Shown piece after piece: positions 20,741 to 34,201 of a stretch of DNA of 64,000 bases (positions are counted from its first letter, which is position 1; every line of letters begins with the position of its first letter). This stretch comes from Amoebidium appalachense (lineage: Eukaryota; Protista; Ichthyosporea): positions 992,001 to 1,056,000 of the forward strand of contig CAVNZM010000002.1 in assembly GCA_963693365.1 (NCBI GenBank). The letters run 5' to 3'. The position numbers were made by a program, and so were the translations under genes. The notes below the pieces were generated by a model, which saw only the letters and a program-made list of their open reading frames with translations, did not search any database and was not told the DNA's origin.

Positions 20741-21506
20741 AACCCTCCCTCCCCACGCACACACACACACTCCCCCCCCCCCCCCTCCCTCCCAACACCC
20801 CCCCCCCCCCCCCCTCCCCTCCCCGCCCCCCTCCCCCCCCACATCCACGCACCCACCTCTCATACGTAGTGCAGTATCTTGCATAGAGCATAAACCCCTC
20901 CCTGTGCCCAGCTATCACCTCCATAGCCCCCCTCTCCTTCCCCCCGCCAACTCTCTCTCCACCGCCGGTTGCAAATACGTCATCAACTCTGTATGGAATG
21001 CCAAAATCTCCCTTGCGTTGCTTCTCAATATCTCCTTCTCATCCTCGCCCAACCAAATCACAGCATCTAGCGGTGTTAGCCAATGGTTAATCAGGGTCGT
21101 CAAATCAGCAACATAGGCCTTTTCCGTTTCGATCAACTCCTGCAGCACCCTCAACCGCATTCCTTCCGGGCCCTTCCCGGCCAATCCGTCGCATTCTCCC
21201 AAAAGAATGTCCAATCGCGCGAGAAGCGACGACACTGCATCGCGCAATCGCGCCTGATCCTCTAGGGGGATCGGATCTAGTTTTGGGGGTAGACTAGTTG
21301 CAACAGGTAGGCGCATTGGTGGGTGTTCGGGTACTGTTTGCATGAGGCCAGGTGGGGGGGGACACCCCAACTCATCGATGTCTTTCTCTTTGAGGAATAT
21401 CGTGCGGTGCTCTGCGTTTGCTTCAAAATCGAACGAAACAAGTCGTAATGATGGGCCCTCCTGGGTGGGGAGACAAATGAGAACGACGTGGAGAATTACC
21501 CCCCCT

Positions 21507-21560
<54 letters not shown>

Positions 21561-22050
21561 ACACACACACACCTTCCCCTCCTCCCTCACACACACACCC
21601 TTTCCCCTTTCATTCTCCCCGTCTGTCTCTGCTTCTCTCCTCTGCCTCTCTCTGTGACTCTGTCACACACACACACACACACTCCCCCCCCGTCCCCCCC
21701 CAATCCTCTCACTCTCCCCCTTCCCCTCGAGCCTCCCTCCCAACCTCTCTCCCTCTCTCTGTCTCTCGCCCTTGTCTCTGTTCTCTCTCTCTGTCTCCCT
21801 CCCTCTCCCCTCCTGTCAGTCTTTCAGCTCCTCCCTCCCCTTCTCCCCCCCCCCTCTCCCCTCCCCCCTGCCACTCTCTGTCCCACTTTTCCCTCTCTCT
21901 CCTATCCCCCCTGGACAGCACCAATCGTTCAATCAACTTCCTATGCTCTCAATCGGAACCCCCCCCCCCCCCCCCCCCCTTCCTTCTCATTCTCACCTCC
22001 ACATTGTTCCCAAATACTAAGGCACTACTTGAATATCTATTTATTCCAAG

Positions 22051-22086
<36 letters not shown>

Positions 22087-22720
22087 CTATGTGTGCGTGC
22101 GAGCATCTGTGTGGGCACAAATGCGTGTGCATGTGTGTTGCTCCCTTTCTTTTCTCCGTTTCCCATTATTTCCTTTCACTTTCCTTTCTCTCTCTCTCTT
22201 TCCCCCCCCCCCCCCCCCCCCCCCCACCCACCCGACCACACATCCAAACCCTTTTTTTTCCTTTTGGTGGGCTGGGGGGAGGTTGGGGTGGGGCGGGAGG
22301 GGGAGGGGGGGGGAGGGCTTTACCTTGATCTGTCTTTTCGTCGCAACCACACACGTGATCTCCTCCCTCCGTATTGCCTCCACGAGATCCAAAAACCGGC
22401 TGCGAGCACACACCAGCCCGTTCACCATCAAAATATGGTCCCCAGGTGCAAGAAATTCCGCCATGGCCCCCCCCCGTCTGCACCGAGTCTACATAGAGAC
22501 ACTTTCGGTTTGTCTCGGGATCAAGCCCCAGGACCCCAATACCCCGGGGGGTTTCATTGCGCCTGTGCGTAAATTCAAAAACTGTTTTTTGCCTAAGGTA
22601 GTAGGCCACGTCACGGTCCACACCATCCACCTTGGCGCCTAGCCGGGGGATGATTGTTTCCCCGTTGTCAGAACCGATTAGGTAGTACCTGTTGAATTGG
22701 TGTTTTTTTTTTGTTTAGAA

Positions 22721-22761
<41 letters not shown>

Positions 22762-23544
22762 GGAGGTCAGAATGTAGCACACAAGGCATGATAGAGATAG
22801 ACAAAACAAAGAACACCGTGAAGCAAAAAGAATGACATGTAACCAACAGGAGGGAAGGGGGGGGGGGGGGGGGGGGGGGGGGTTGACAAAAACGAGAGAA
22901 AAAGCGGGCAAATGGAAGTGGTGGGGTGTGTGTGTGTGTGTTGAGGGTGGGGAGGGGGGGAGGCAAGGTGTGAAAGAGGAGGGGAGGAGGACGGCAGGAG
23001 TGGAAGAGGGAGAGGGTTCATTTTTGGTTCAGATCTGATCCTTCATCAACCCAAAACCTTTCCTAAATCACACTGCCTCGGCTTATGCATATCATAGTTG
23101 CTTGTCATGTTCAATCAGGGTTTGCCACCGAGAAAAAAGAAACCGTTTGACAAATACCAAAAGAGTTCTAGAGGGAAAAAACTCAGGCATGCAGGAAAAG
23201 GGATGAGATACCCTTGAACGTAAGGAACAGGGCATGAAAGAGAAAAAGTGGAAACTGAAGGCAGGACAAACATAGACGGGATAAAAAGGTGAAGGAGAGT
23301 GTTCCCGGAGAGTTACAGGCAAGATGATAAGAGCACAGGAGATTGAGATCCTTGGAGGGTAGGGATTCAGAGGGGATTAGAAATAGTGGGGTGTTCAGGT
23401 GTGTGTCTTGGGTGGGAGTGCCTAGAGAGCAGTTGAGGAGGCGGAGAGGGAGGAAGAGACTGAATGGGGGGTAGGGGGGTGGGAGGGAGGGAGCCCGGAC
23501 CCGGTGTGGGGAGGGAAAGGGGACGGGGGAGGGAGGGGGGCAGG

Positions 23545-23576
<32 letters not shown>

Positions 23577-23815
23577 GCGTACTCATCCACGGGAAGTCGT
23601 CTGCGTTTGCAAACCTCCTCGAGCACGCGAAAAAAAGGATCATCCTTTTTCACCGTCACGCCCGTATACCTATCCTCAGAGTGGAATATGCGATATAGCC
23701 GCTTGTTCTCATCTTTGAACTCGGCTGTGTGGACAAAGGGCTTGCGCTGTGTGGGTGATTGTGGGGGATTGGTGTCTCGTTTACGCGTTATGGGAGAGGA
23801 AAAAGGACTCTCCAT
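18936..23815 (-). CDS. Tiam/Still-life-like Dbl-family RhoGEF (RBD-like, PDZ, DH, PH); two apparent homopolymer frameshifts
   Basis: Exons 23815-23583, 22688-22324, 21460-20857, 19800-18936. PDZ (RGIGVLG...LYVDSV...LAPGDHILMVNG), DH CR1 (VLQELIETEKAYVADL), DH CR3 ([27 protein letters not shown]), PH (GFLFEKEILFC...SAEERDYWVEKL). Frame breaks at C-runs 22467-22475 and 20927-20945. Confidence 0.85.
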
Positions 23816-25306
23816 TGTGGTGTTGTTTTACTAGAGCCAAGTACATGGCCCCTTTGGCTTTATTATTTCTTGTTCACTTCGTACATCTAACCTAAGGGGG
23901 GATGCAAACTGAAGATGATCACAAAGCGGTGGACCAAACACGAAGTTTGGTGGTAGTGTAGCCTGGACAGCACCACATGTTAGCTATATTTTTTTCACCC
24001 CCTATCCATTACAATCTCTCTCGAGTTACATATGTGCTGTTACTTATTCTTTCGTCAGAGACTGAGAGACCGGGACTCATCCGCCGTGACTGTACATAAC
24101 GGTCACAAACGCAGTCTACAGTGCGTAAACCCACCGATCCATTATTGGTAACGTCATCGGAAAATCCTGTTGAAGAACTGCTGTGACACTCAGTGCTGGG
24201 GTGTCACCAGTGGCCGACGTATGCCGACTGTTTGAGGTGGCCATGGGTGGGGGAATGTGCATGTCTAGCCTCATACACCGCCTTTATCCATCCCCCATCA
24301 ACACACAGACCACCACCGCGCACCATCTTTATCAAGGCAGCGTCCACACTGCGGCATGCCGCCTCACTGCCCACCCCCCCACTCCCCCCCCCCTCCCCCC
24401 CCCCCCCCCCCCCCCCCGGGGGCCCCCCTCCCCTCCCCCCCCCCGCCCCCGGGCTCCGGCACGGAAAGCGAAGTTTGCATGTTGTGTGTGAGAGTCCTGT
24501 GAAAAAGGAGGGGCGAGAGAAAAAGGGTGCAAAAGACCGGGACATGTTATAGTGTAATCGCTGAGGGGTGATGCATGTTGCTGAGACAGGTTCAAGCACT
24601 GGTACTGGTGAGGTAGATTCGGGCCCCATCCAGCAGTACTCTTATATGTGTTAGCAGGTGGGGGTGAGGGGAGGGGGGAGAGGGAAGGGAAAAGGAGGGG
24701 AGGGGGAAGAGGGAAACGGTGGACGTCCGACAGTAACCGTGTTCATTCAACCCCGAGGAGGGAAAAGTAGCACGATGGCCACCTTGAAACGTTCGACGTC
24801 TCCTGGCCCTGGATATGCAATGACCAAAGACGGGGGAGAGAGGTACCCCGAGGTGAGGGTTGCCAAGGGGGTGGGGCTCAAAGAACTGTTATGAGGTTCA
24901 AAAGAGAAAAGCTGTCATGAAAATTCATTTAGCGAGTACAAACAGGAAACTAAGCCTGGCAACTTGACGTGTAAAACAAACCTGCACTGCTTTTTGTCAG
25001 CCATATGAAGAAGATAACAATACAACAGGTGTTAACCCTGTTAACCTTTGTATATACAAGGATCTGTCCAACGGGAAATTCTTTAACTGCGTGTCTATGT
25101 ATCCGCCCTCTCTCTCCCACATCTCCGGAGTCTAGAGTACAACTCTCTCTCGGAGTCTCCTCCTTCCTTCATTTCCTTGCTATTCCCTCTCTCTCTTACT
25201 GCTAGCTCCCTGGCTCTCGGTCACTCGCTCCCCTCCCTCCCCCTCCCCCTAACCCCTGCTCCCTGACTCATTGCACTCATTCCCTCTCTCCTCTCTCCCT
25301 CTCCCT

Positions 25307-25355
<49 letters not shown>

Positions 25356-25683
25356 TCTCCCTCTCCCTCTCCCTCTCCCCCCCCCCCCCCCCCACTCCCC
25401 CTCCCCCCAAGTCTCCAAGAACCGTCCTTCTAAGTAAGAAGAAATGACTTCAGACGTACATTCTTGTAAAATGCACCCTAGGGACCATATTTTCCTACCT
25501 CCCAAGAATATCACTCCTTGATTACCCCCTCAAAAGCGGAACCTTATTTTTCCAACATGCAGACCACCAACCATCAATTGTTCTTTTCAACCTTCACCCA
25601 CCCCGTTCCCACCAAAATGAAGCACATAACCTGTCGCTCACCGTCCTTCCCCCCCCCCCCCCCCCTCCCCCCCCTCCACCTCC

Positions 25684-26646
25684 TCACCCCAACTTGACAC
25701 CCCTTCCAGCCATAGCCTTCAGCACCTGCAGCAGTGTGTCAGCCGACAACTTGGCCAAGGCAGCCTCACACTCCGCCTTAAAGACACTCTTGTATGCCTT
25801 TGCCTTGCGAATAATCTTCGACTGCGCGGGACAACTGCACGCCTGTCGTCCAAAACCGAACATAACCGGCCGAGCAGGTTCAGCATCCATAGGACCGTCC
25901 ATACGACTGAACACCTCCTGATAGGCAAAATCACGTGCTCTCAGGCTCTGGTGTCGAGCTGCAGCTGGTGTTTGGTTTTTCTTCTCTACTTGAACTTGGA
26001 ACGAAAAACGAAACTCTGTATCTTCGTGTAACGGGCATACTCTCTCCCCGTGGGAACGTGTTGGCTGCAAAAGTGTCTCGTCGGTTGTTTCCCTCCATAT
26101 GCACACCTCATTGCACACAGCTTGAAGCGCATGTTCTGACCACACACGGTGTAGACTCAACCCTTCGCAGAACAGGAGCAACTGGAGCGTGCAGTTACTG
26201 TCTATCCACAACATGAAATATTCAATCAGGTGGCCGGTTTGGTAGTAGGCCGACACGGGTAGCAATTCATTCACAATTTCACGTGAAACGGTCGGGCTTC
26301 CAGAGAGATAATCACTAACGAGAGAACCTGAATTTAGCCGGGATGGATGATAGTCACCAACAAAACATAGTAATGAATACCGCACGTATTTCTCGAAAGT
26401 CTGTGGCGTGAACTCACACCGTGCCTCACTCTCTGCACCTTCGATGTATCTGTCTGACGACAACATGCTTTCGAACACGGGGGATATGAACGAGAGGAGG
26501 CTTCTGGGGTACTTGTGTCGCACCTCCGCCTCCCCCTCGCCCTCGCCCGTCTTGAATACGAGCGTTACTGACGAGTTTCCGGGCCCACTGAGGGTGGATA
26601 TGAAAGAGGTGAAAGAAGGCGCAGGCCCCGGCCCTTGATTCGCCAT
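25684..26646 (-). CDS. BTB/POZ-domain protein, single exon, 320 aa
   Basis: Non-repetitive ORF with a BTB-like segment SSVTLVF...HKYPRSLLSFISPVFESMLSSDRYIEG...FTPQTFEKYVRY...ELLPVSAYYQTGHL. The C-terminal half is not recognised. Confidence 0.75.
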   Translation of the reverse strand: MANQGPGPAPSFTSFISTLSGPGNSSVTLVFKTGEGEGEAEVRHKYPRSLLSFISPVFESMLSSDRYIEGAESEARCEFTPQTFEKYVRYSLLCFVGDYHPSRLNSGSLVSDYLSGSPTVSREIVNELLPVSAYYQTGHLIEYFMLWIDSNCTLQLLLFCEGLSLHRVWSEHALQAVCNEVCIWRETTDETLLQPTRSHGERVCPLHEDTEFRFSFQVQVEKKNQTPAAARHQSLRARDFAYQEVFSRMDGPMDAEPARPVMFGFGRQACSCPAQSKIIRKAKAYKSVFKAECEAALAKLSADTLLQVLKAMAGRGVKLG

Positions 26647-28493
26647 TTTGAAAAGGTAAACAAGAAAAACTATTTTAGGTTGTCACTCAATTGAGAGGAA
26701 TGCCCCAGCGCTTGACTTTGAGTCAGCCAGTTGACTGCCACGTGCGACTGTGGCCTCAGCCGCCGTATGAACAAGTCTGCTCTGGCGAGAGGGTATGAGT
26801 TGGCGCGTGATCAGTCGCTTCGGAAGGAAAGTTTTGTCGACACGTCAGCCTTGATTTTTTTTTTTTATAGTGACTTTTCGGATATATAAGAGCTACCTCC
26901 AAAGGCCAGGTAGCAGGCCAGTTGAGCCAGCACTGGCCTGCCTGTGTCGTGGCGAGGTTTTGCGCAACCTTTGGGTCAGGATTTTACAAATCTCAAAAAT
27001 TTCGCTAGATTAGGCACAGATGCTGAACATAAATACTATTTATTGCTACGGACACTCTCTGGGCTCGCCAAGATCGACAGGACCAGCCAGCCCTAACCTG
27101 CTCAAGTGACTGCATTGGTAATCTTTTATTACATTATAACGTAGGATCACTACTTCTTTTTCCATATATCGTCAAGCGTTACGTCAATCCTGCAGAAAGG
27201 CAGATATGTTGTCAGGCAGGGTTCGAACTTCGATTATTCGATGAACAGGGGTTGTGGGGGTTTGGCTGCGCTACCCGTTTTACCCAAAACGAAATCGTAT
27301 TGTCGAAATTTTTAAAGTCGTATTGGCGGGGTTCGCCTCATTTACGAATTCGTATAGAACCCCTACATCATGGATTTCAATGAATAATTTCTTGCAATTT
27401 TACACTCCGTTAGCAATGTTACCGGGCCCCGACAGGCAAAACAGGGCTTCATATTCCGCTCTGGAGTGCAGAAATGGCCGCCTGATCACTTTTTACCTAG
27501 AAAAAGACCAAATTTCTTATGAAAGCACACCATGATACGCTATTGGGGCATATTTGCCTGCTAAGATAAACCAATACAGCACCTTCTAGCGTTAGTCGTA
27601 TTGACCCCTTGGGCTTAATCGTAAATACGACGATTTTGGGTCGTAATACAACCCCTGTCGATGAAGCGATATCCACCAATCATGAAGCGGCTCCAGCAAC
27701 CTTATTTCTGATTGGTGGCCCGAACCTCGAGGCTGAAGCCGCCCCGGACGTCCCGAGGAGGTCTCAGTGCGAGACTGCGAAGAGTTAGGATACACGAGGA
27801 TGCGGTGGTTCTGTGCTGTAGTTAGAAAAACTGTCTACAGTTATGCACATTACAACACAATATGTGTGCATTTTCCGAAGTTCTGAATTTCATTCATCTG
27901 CGAGCCTCGAGAGGGAGCATGTGACGACATGTGCCGTTTTCTTGTTTTCGGTGCTGTTCTGTGATTGGATGTATAAGCCTCCGGGAGTCCGGCGCCTGGT
28001 TCTTTTTCGCTATGTAAAAGTTGGCTTTATCATATAAAAATGTCATGAGGAGCTGAATAGTTTCATCTTATAACGCAATCCAAGACATTTATTAATGGTG
28101 AGCGTCAATAGTACTATTATTATCATTGAATTCCTACTATGTGGAGTATTCCTGTATTGGGGATCGCGGTTATCGTCAGCTAGATTGTTTCCTATTTGTC
28201 ACTTAACATTCGTCAAATACCATACACTTCAAATGCCACATTCTTTGGCCCCGCCCACTAAGTATAAAATAAAGGCTTTCATGCCTTCAAGGGGCAGTTC
28301 ATGATCCCGTGACAATGCTGCGTACTATTTGAAGCGAGTGGAGTATGGTCTGCAATTCTCTATACTGACTCCTAGAAAAGAAAATAAATCGACAAATAGA
28401 GTCCACAAAACTACGCGCGGCTACTAACTACATCCTCCTATTAGTACACCCTCACCCGCGCACGTACGTCTTTGCGCGATACCTTCAACAAAA

Positions 28494-29912
28494 ATGAATT
28501 TGCAGGACTCAGGGGCCGGTTCGAATTCCGATTCGCGGTCTGTGTCTATTGTGAAAGGTACAGGCAGCACCACCACACTAGACGCATTTACTGTTGACAC
28601 AAAACAGACCAAGACCCAAGGTGCCCAAGCATCATGTGCACACGTAGACGACATAGAAGGCCAGGATCCGGAGCAAGTGCGCCAAGCCACCATCCTAGGC
28701 AGCACGGTGAACATGGTCAACATCATTATTGGGGCTGGAATCCTGGCACTACCGTTTGCATTCAGCCAGTGTGGCTGGCTGCTTTCCATCATACTCCTCG
28801 CCGTCAGTGCGTTTTTTTCCTTTTTGGGCCTTCACTTCCTCACGGCATGCTGTCATAGGCTTGGTGGCACTAACACCTCTATTGGTGCTCTGGTAGCGGC
28901 CACTTTTCCCAAATTTTCAATCGCTGTCGATTTCATGATGGCTGCGTTATGTTTTGGTGTGTGCATCTCCTACCTTATCGTGGTAGGTGACCTCGGCCCA
29001 CAATTTGCAGTCGCCACATGGGCATCTACGGATAGCGTATGGACCAATCGCCAGCTCTGGGTGTCGATCGGATTTGCCATATTTGGCATCCCGCTTGGCT
29101 CCCTGCGGGACCTTAACTCGCTACGGTTTACCTCCGGCATTGCCGTTGCATCCATCCTCTATATTGTCCTCTTGATCACAATATTCAAGTTCGAACCAGC
29201 TGGATTCGACCCGTGTGTGAATTACGGCACCAAAGACGCGTGCCATGGCTCTATTTCCGCCACCAAATCAGGAATAAGCGTTTTGAGCGCACTTCCCGTT
29301 TTCGTGAATGCATTCTGCGCGCACACGAACATCGCACAAGTGTACAATGAGATACAAAAACCGTCTGTGCGCAGAGTTAACACAGCGTCTGTTTCCGCCC
29401 TCGCAATCGTCGCTGTCTTCTACACTCTGGTGGGTTTGTGTGGATATCTCACGTACGGAGATAAGGTCAGCAGCAATATTCTTCTCGACTATCCACTGAC
29501 TATCCCGGTCACCGTCTGCCGTGTAATGGTGATGCTGCTGGTTTTATTCTCATATCCCGTCCTTGTGCAACCAACACGTCAATCACTCACACACGTGCTC
29601 GAATATATCCCGCCATTTTCCAGCAACGAGCGGGTAAATTTGCTTATCCACTACTGGGGAACCACAGTTTTTGTCCTTTTCGGCACCTACACCGTTGCTC
29701 TGTTTGTAGATAACCTGGGTGTAATTTACGGGATTATCGGTGCTACTGTTTCGACTGTTGCTACCCTGATTCTTCCCGGGGTTCTTTATTTCACCATGTT
29801 CAGGTTTGAGGCAAGCAGTATGTATGCCAAGGCTATGCTTCTATTGGCTGTTGTGTCTGCGGTTTGGGGTGTTGTGTTTATTCCCCTTGCGCTGTATTCC
29901 ATGTTCATGTAA
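28494..29912 (+). CDS. Amino-acid permease, AAAP/Aa_trans family (SLC38/AVT-like), single exon, 472 aa
   Basis: About 11 hydrophobic segments; TM1 motif NIIIGAGILALPFAFSQCGW; LRDLNSLRFTS, AFCAHTN, GYLTYGDKVSSNILLDYP. Confidence 0.92.
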   Translation: MNLQDSGAGSNSDSRSVSIVKGTGSTTTLDAFTVDTKQTKTQGAQASCAHVDDIEGQDPEQVRQATILGSTVNMVNIIIGAGILALPFAFSQCGWLLSIILLAVSAFFSFLGLHFLTACCHRLGGTNTSIGALVAATFPKFSIAVDFMMAALCFGVCISYLIVVGDLGPQFAVATWASTDSVWTNRQLWVSIGFAIFGIPLGSLRDLNSLRFTSGIAVASILYIVLLITIFKFEPAGFDPCVNYGTKDACHGSISATKSGISVLSALPVFVNAFCAHTNIAQVYNEIQKPSVRRVNTASVSALAIVAVFYTLVGLCGYLTYGDKVSSNILLDYPLTIPVTVCRVMVMLLVLFSYPVLVQPTRQSLTHVLEYIPPFSSNERVNLLIHYWGTTVFVLFGTYTVALFVDNLGVIYGIIGATVSTVATLILPGVLYFTMFRFEASSMYAKAMLLLAVVSAVWGVVFIPLALYSMFM

Positions 29913-30194
29913 GGCTGTGGCCGAGATACTAGTTGGATACATCTTCGAATATCATGAATGATCCTGTGTTAAATAGCTAAATATGAACTACTCGAGCATG
30001 TTATCATAAGCCATGTTCCAAATTTACTATTAAATCGTCGTTTATTTGTCGTTTCTCTCTGTCTCAGGTGTTCCACTTCTTCCCCTTCGCCCATTCTCTT
30101 TCTTTCTTTCTTTCTGTCTTCTCCCGCCTTCTTTCACTTTCCTTCCTTCCTTTTTTCTTTTTTCTTTCTTTCTTTCTTTCTTTCTTTTTTTTTT

Positions 30195-30225
<31 letters not shown>

Positions 30226-30243
30226 GAGAGAGGGGGGGGGGGT

Positions 30244-30276
<33 letters not shown>

Positions 30277-30646
30277 GGAGGGGGGGGGGGGGGGAGTGGG
30301 GAGCACAAATAGCCACATACTTAAGCCACAAAGCGGCTCAGCAGTCATGCAATGTATACTTGACACTATATCAGATATCCGCCACTCGTGCTTTTATAGC
30401 TTATGGCAGAAACTCCATACGTGCATGCACAGGGACAACCAATATAACAGACATTTCATCGGATATCCGCTCACTGAACTCAGGCTATCGTCTGATAAAA
30501 AGTAACGAAGATATTATAACTGGCAGTACATGCTTGATCATCATACTAAGTCGATTATGCTGATGATGCAGCTAATAACAGATGTCACAGGCTAATATCT
30601 CACTTGTGCAATGCATGTACACAAGCAGGCGCGCACCCACGCACCT

Positions 30647-30677
<31 letters not shown>

Positions 30678-30977
30678 TGCACACACGCACTCACACACGC
30701 TTGCACGTACACCCACCCCTCGCTTTTCTCTCTCTCTTTTCTCTCAAAAACACACACACACACTCTCCCCCCCCCCCCCCCCCTTCCTCCCTCCCTCCCT
30801 CTTCCTCCGCCTTTTTGCTCTCACTCTCTCTTTCACTCTCGCGCGGTCAGCGTGACGAACACACAGATGCGAACCATGCCCACCCCCACAAAAACACCCA
30901 CACACAAACCCACAACCAAACAGACACACACAACAAACACACACACAGACATATAGATTCTCCCCCCTTTCCCCCCC

Positions 30978-31012
<35 letters not shown>

Positions 31013-31359
31013 ACACTCACACACACGGCGTGCACGCACGCACACAGCGGTGGTACATGCACATGAAGAGGTTGCACAGTGAGCACCGTGAACCGCACCC
31101 ACACATCACATACGGGCACCACTTGCACGTGCACAACCCATGGAATATAGAAAAATCACACACACCCCGGCGGCCTTGAATACACCAGTAGACACACCTA
31201 TGCATCATACAAGCCCAGCCAAACCACCTGTACACACCCATGTACATGTGCCGGTGACTCCCTCCACACGCGGATCATCTCGATAGAACCCCCCTGCCGA
31301 CACTAACTTCCTGTGCAGAGCCCCCCCCCCCCCCCCCCTCCCCCCCCCCCCCCCCCCCC

Positions 31360-31393
<34 letters not shown>

Positions 31394-32894
31394 CCCCCCC
31401 CCCCCCCACCCCCCTTCTCCCCCCCCCCCCTCCCCCACCACCCCCACCCCTACAAACCCCATTCCCCCCCCCCCCCCCCCCCCCCCCGGTCCTTCCCCGC
31501 CCCCTTCCTCTCCCCCCCCCATCCCCCTCTCCCGCCGTCTTGGTACACCCTTACCCCCCCCCCCCCCCCCCTCCCCCCCTCCCCCCCCCCCCCCCCCCCC
31601 GCCCCGCGCCGGCCTTTGCTTATTATGCATACTCTTTTATGTGTGGGTTTAATGCACTATGCATTGTGTAATCCGTCATGAATATCATAAATTCCTACTC
31701 TATCCTCCCCTCCCCCCTCCCCAATTATATACACTATCTCCCCCCCCCCCCCCCCCTTCCCCTCCTCCTCCTCCCCCCCCCCCTCCATGGGTCCTCCTGG
31801 ACAAATCATCCTGTATCTTGTGTTGACCCGCCCACTTTTCTTTCTTTCCTGCCCGTCACCTCCACTTGTATTTGAACGAGAGAGGGCACTTGCTGTACGT
31901 CATCACACACTTGTTTTTTGTGACCCCACCGTGCTCTCTTTTGCCCCCCTCAACCGTCCCCTCCCTCTCCCCTCGCTCCCTCACTCTCCAGGGAAAAAAA
32001 AGAAAAATAAAAACAGAAAAAAAAAATGAACACTTTAAAAGCACACACAGAGACACAAACAAAAACACGTACAAGGCCCATGATCCTTCCACCCTCGTAC
32101 AGCAACGATTTCCGAATTATTACACTCTTTGCCATATATACCTCCCCGCCCCCCCTCCCCCCCCCTCCCAGCCTCCCCTCCCCCCCCCCCCCCTCCCCCC
32201 CCTCCCCCCCGGCCCCTAACTTTCCGTCCACCCCTCCCTTCCTCCCCTTCACCCCTTCACCCACCTATTACAACCACATATCACGGAGATGCTTTTTCGT
32301 TTGGATATTTGCCATCGTCCTTCTAGCCTCCCCCCCCCCCCCCCCCCCCCCCCCCTTTCCCGTGTGTGTCACAGAAATTCAGCACGCAACCCCCTGTGTT
32401 GTATTTTTGCACATCATTAACACGACATATCCCCAGCTCCCACCCACACAGGCTACAGTTACTGTCATCTTCTTCCTTCCCTTGGCCGCTCTTCCCTCCC
32501 CTTCCCCCCCTTCCCTCCTTTTCCTTCCCGCCTCTAAATAGATGCTATTAGCTGTAGTCTCAGTCTCTTGATCTTCTGCTTCGCGATTTTGTATGTCAGG
32601 TAGTTTTTCATGCTATTGCTATGCCTCCTCCCCCCCCCCTCCCCCCCCCCCTTCCCCCCCCTCCCCCCTTCCACTACTCCCCCTCCCCCCTTCCTCCCCC
32701 CCCCCCCCCCCCCCCCCGTCTTCCCCTCCCCCCTTCCCCTCCCCCTCTCCTTCCCCCCCCCCCCCCCCCCCCCCCCCCAATTCCCCCCTCCCTCTGCTCC
32801 CCCTCCCCGACCTGTTCCCCATCGATGAAGATCATCCCCCGCCCACCCCCTCTCCTCCCCTCTTCTCCTCCCCCTCTCCCCCCCCCCCCCCCCA

Positions 32895-32933
<39 letters not shown>

Positions 32934-34165
32934 ACACACACACACACAACACCCCACCCCTTACCTCCCTGAATTCATTAACTGGTAATCGGTTTGTGTG
33001 TGAGTCTGTGTATGTGTCTTTTGATTGAACAAAGGGTGATGGAGGGGAGGTGTTGGTGGAAGGTTGGGGGGGAGGGGGGTGGGGGTGGGGGGGGGGGGGG
33101 GGGGGAGGGGGGGGAGGGGAGGGGAGGGGGGGGGGGGGAGAGGGAGAGAGGGGAGGGGATGCATGTACTTATCGCAATATATGTCCCATTACAACCCATG
33201 ACAACGGAGATAAATGAATCTGCTTGGCAGAAAAAAGGAAATAGACATGATCAGGACGATGGAAAAAAACAAAGTGTTGGGAGTGAGTTAGTGGTCGGAA
33301 GAATGGTGGGATTTTTCTGGGTGGTGGTGTGTGTGTGTGTATTTTGGTGTGTGTGCGTGTGTGTGCCAATGTGTGTGTGTGTATGTGTGTGTGCAGGCGG
33401 TTCCACTTGTGCACATACCCATGCGTGTGTGTGTGTGTGTGTGTGTGTGCCAATGTGTGTGTGTGTGTGTGCCATTGTGTGTGTGTATGTGTGTGTGGGG
33501 GCGATTGTGCTTATGCGCATGCCCGTGTGTGTGTGTGTGTGTTTGTTTGTTTGTTTGTTTGTTTGTTTGTGTGGCCGCGCACGCGCGCGTGGTTGGAATG
33601 GGGACGAGGCCGAGGGAGAAGGGAGGGAGGGGGGAGGAAGGAGGGAGGAGTGAGTTGACATGGGTGAGGAGAAAGAGGGGAGCAGAGGGTAGCTATAGCA
33701 TGATGGAGAAACCAAAGTTTGCATAGTGCTAAAAAGTGAAACCGGAATTGCCAAAAACCATATAACCGGTCCATAGTTGACCAAGGTTAAGGAGCCAATT
33801 GCATGAAGTTAAATGCGCCTATGTTGAAACGCAACAACTCAAGAAATGGGTGGGAGAAGGGGACAAGGGGGAGGGGGGGTATCAGGGGAGGAGGGGTGAA
33901 GGGGTGGGGCAGAGGGAAAGCAAAAAGAGGGGGGAAGGGGGGGGGGGGGGAGGGGGGAGGGGGAGGGGTTGGACTGGTTTCAGGTATGGGGTGCAATATG
34001 CATGTGTTTGAGTGTGTTATGTGCCTGTGTAGGGTAGGGATGGCATGCATGTTTAGGTTTGAAAGGGGGGAGGGAGGGGGGGGGGGGGGGGGGGGGGGAG
34101 AGGCCACGCAAAGGGAACAGGGCGGGGTGGGGGGTGGTGTGTGTGTGTGTGGGTGTGTGTGTGTG

Positions 34166-34201
<36 letters not shown>

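Noticed and set aside
24180-24900. Possible extra gene or upstream RhoGEF coding exons
   Set aside because: No recognisable domain and no phase-consistent splice path into the RhoGEF frame.
27215-27245. GGTTCGAAC B-box/T-loop-like motif suggesting a tRNA or SINE
   Set aside because: No T-stem pairing, acceptor stem or A-box on either strand.
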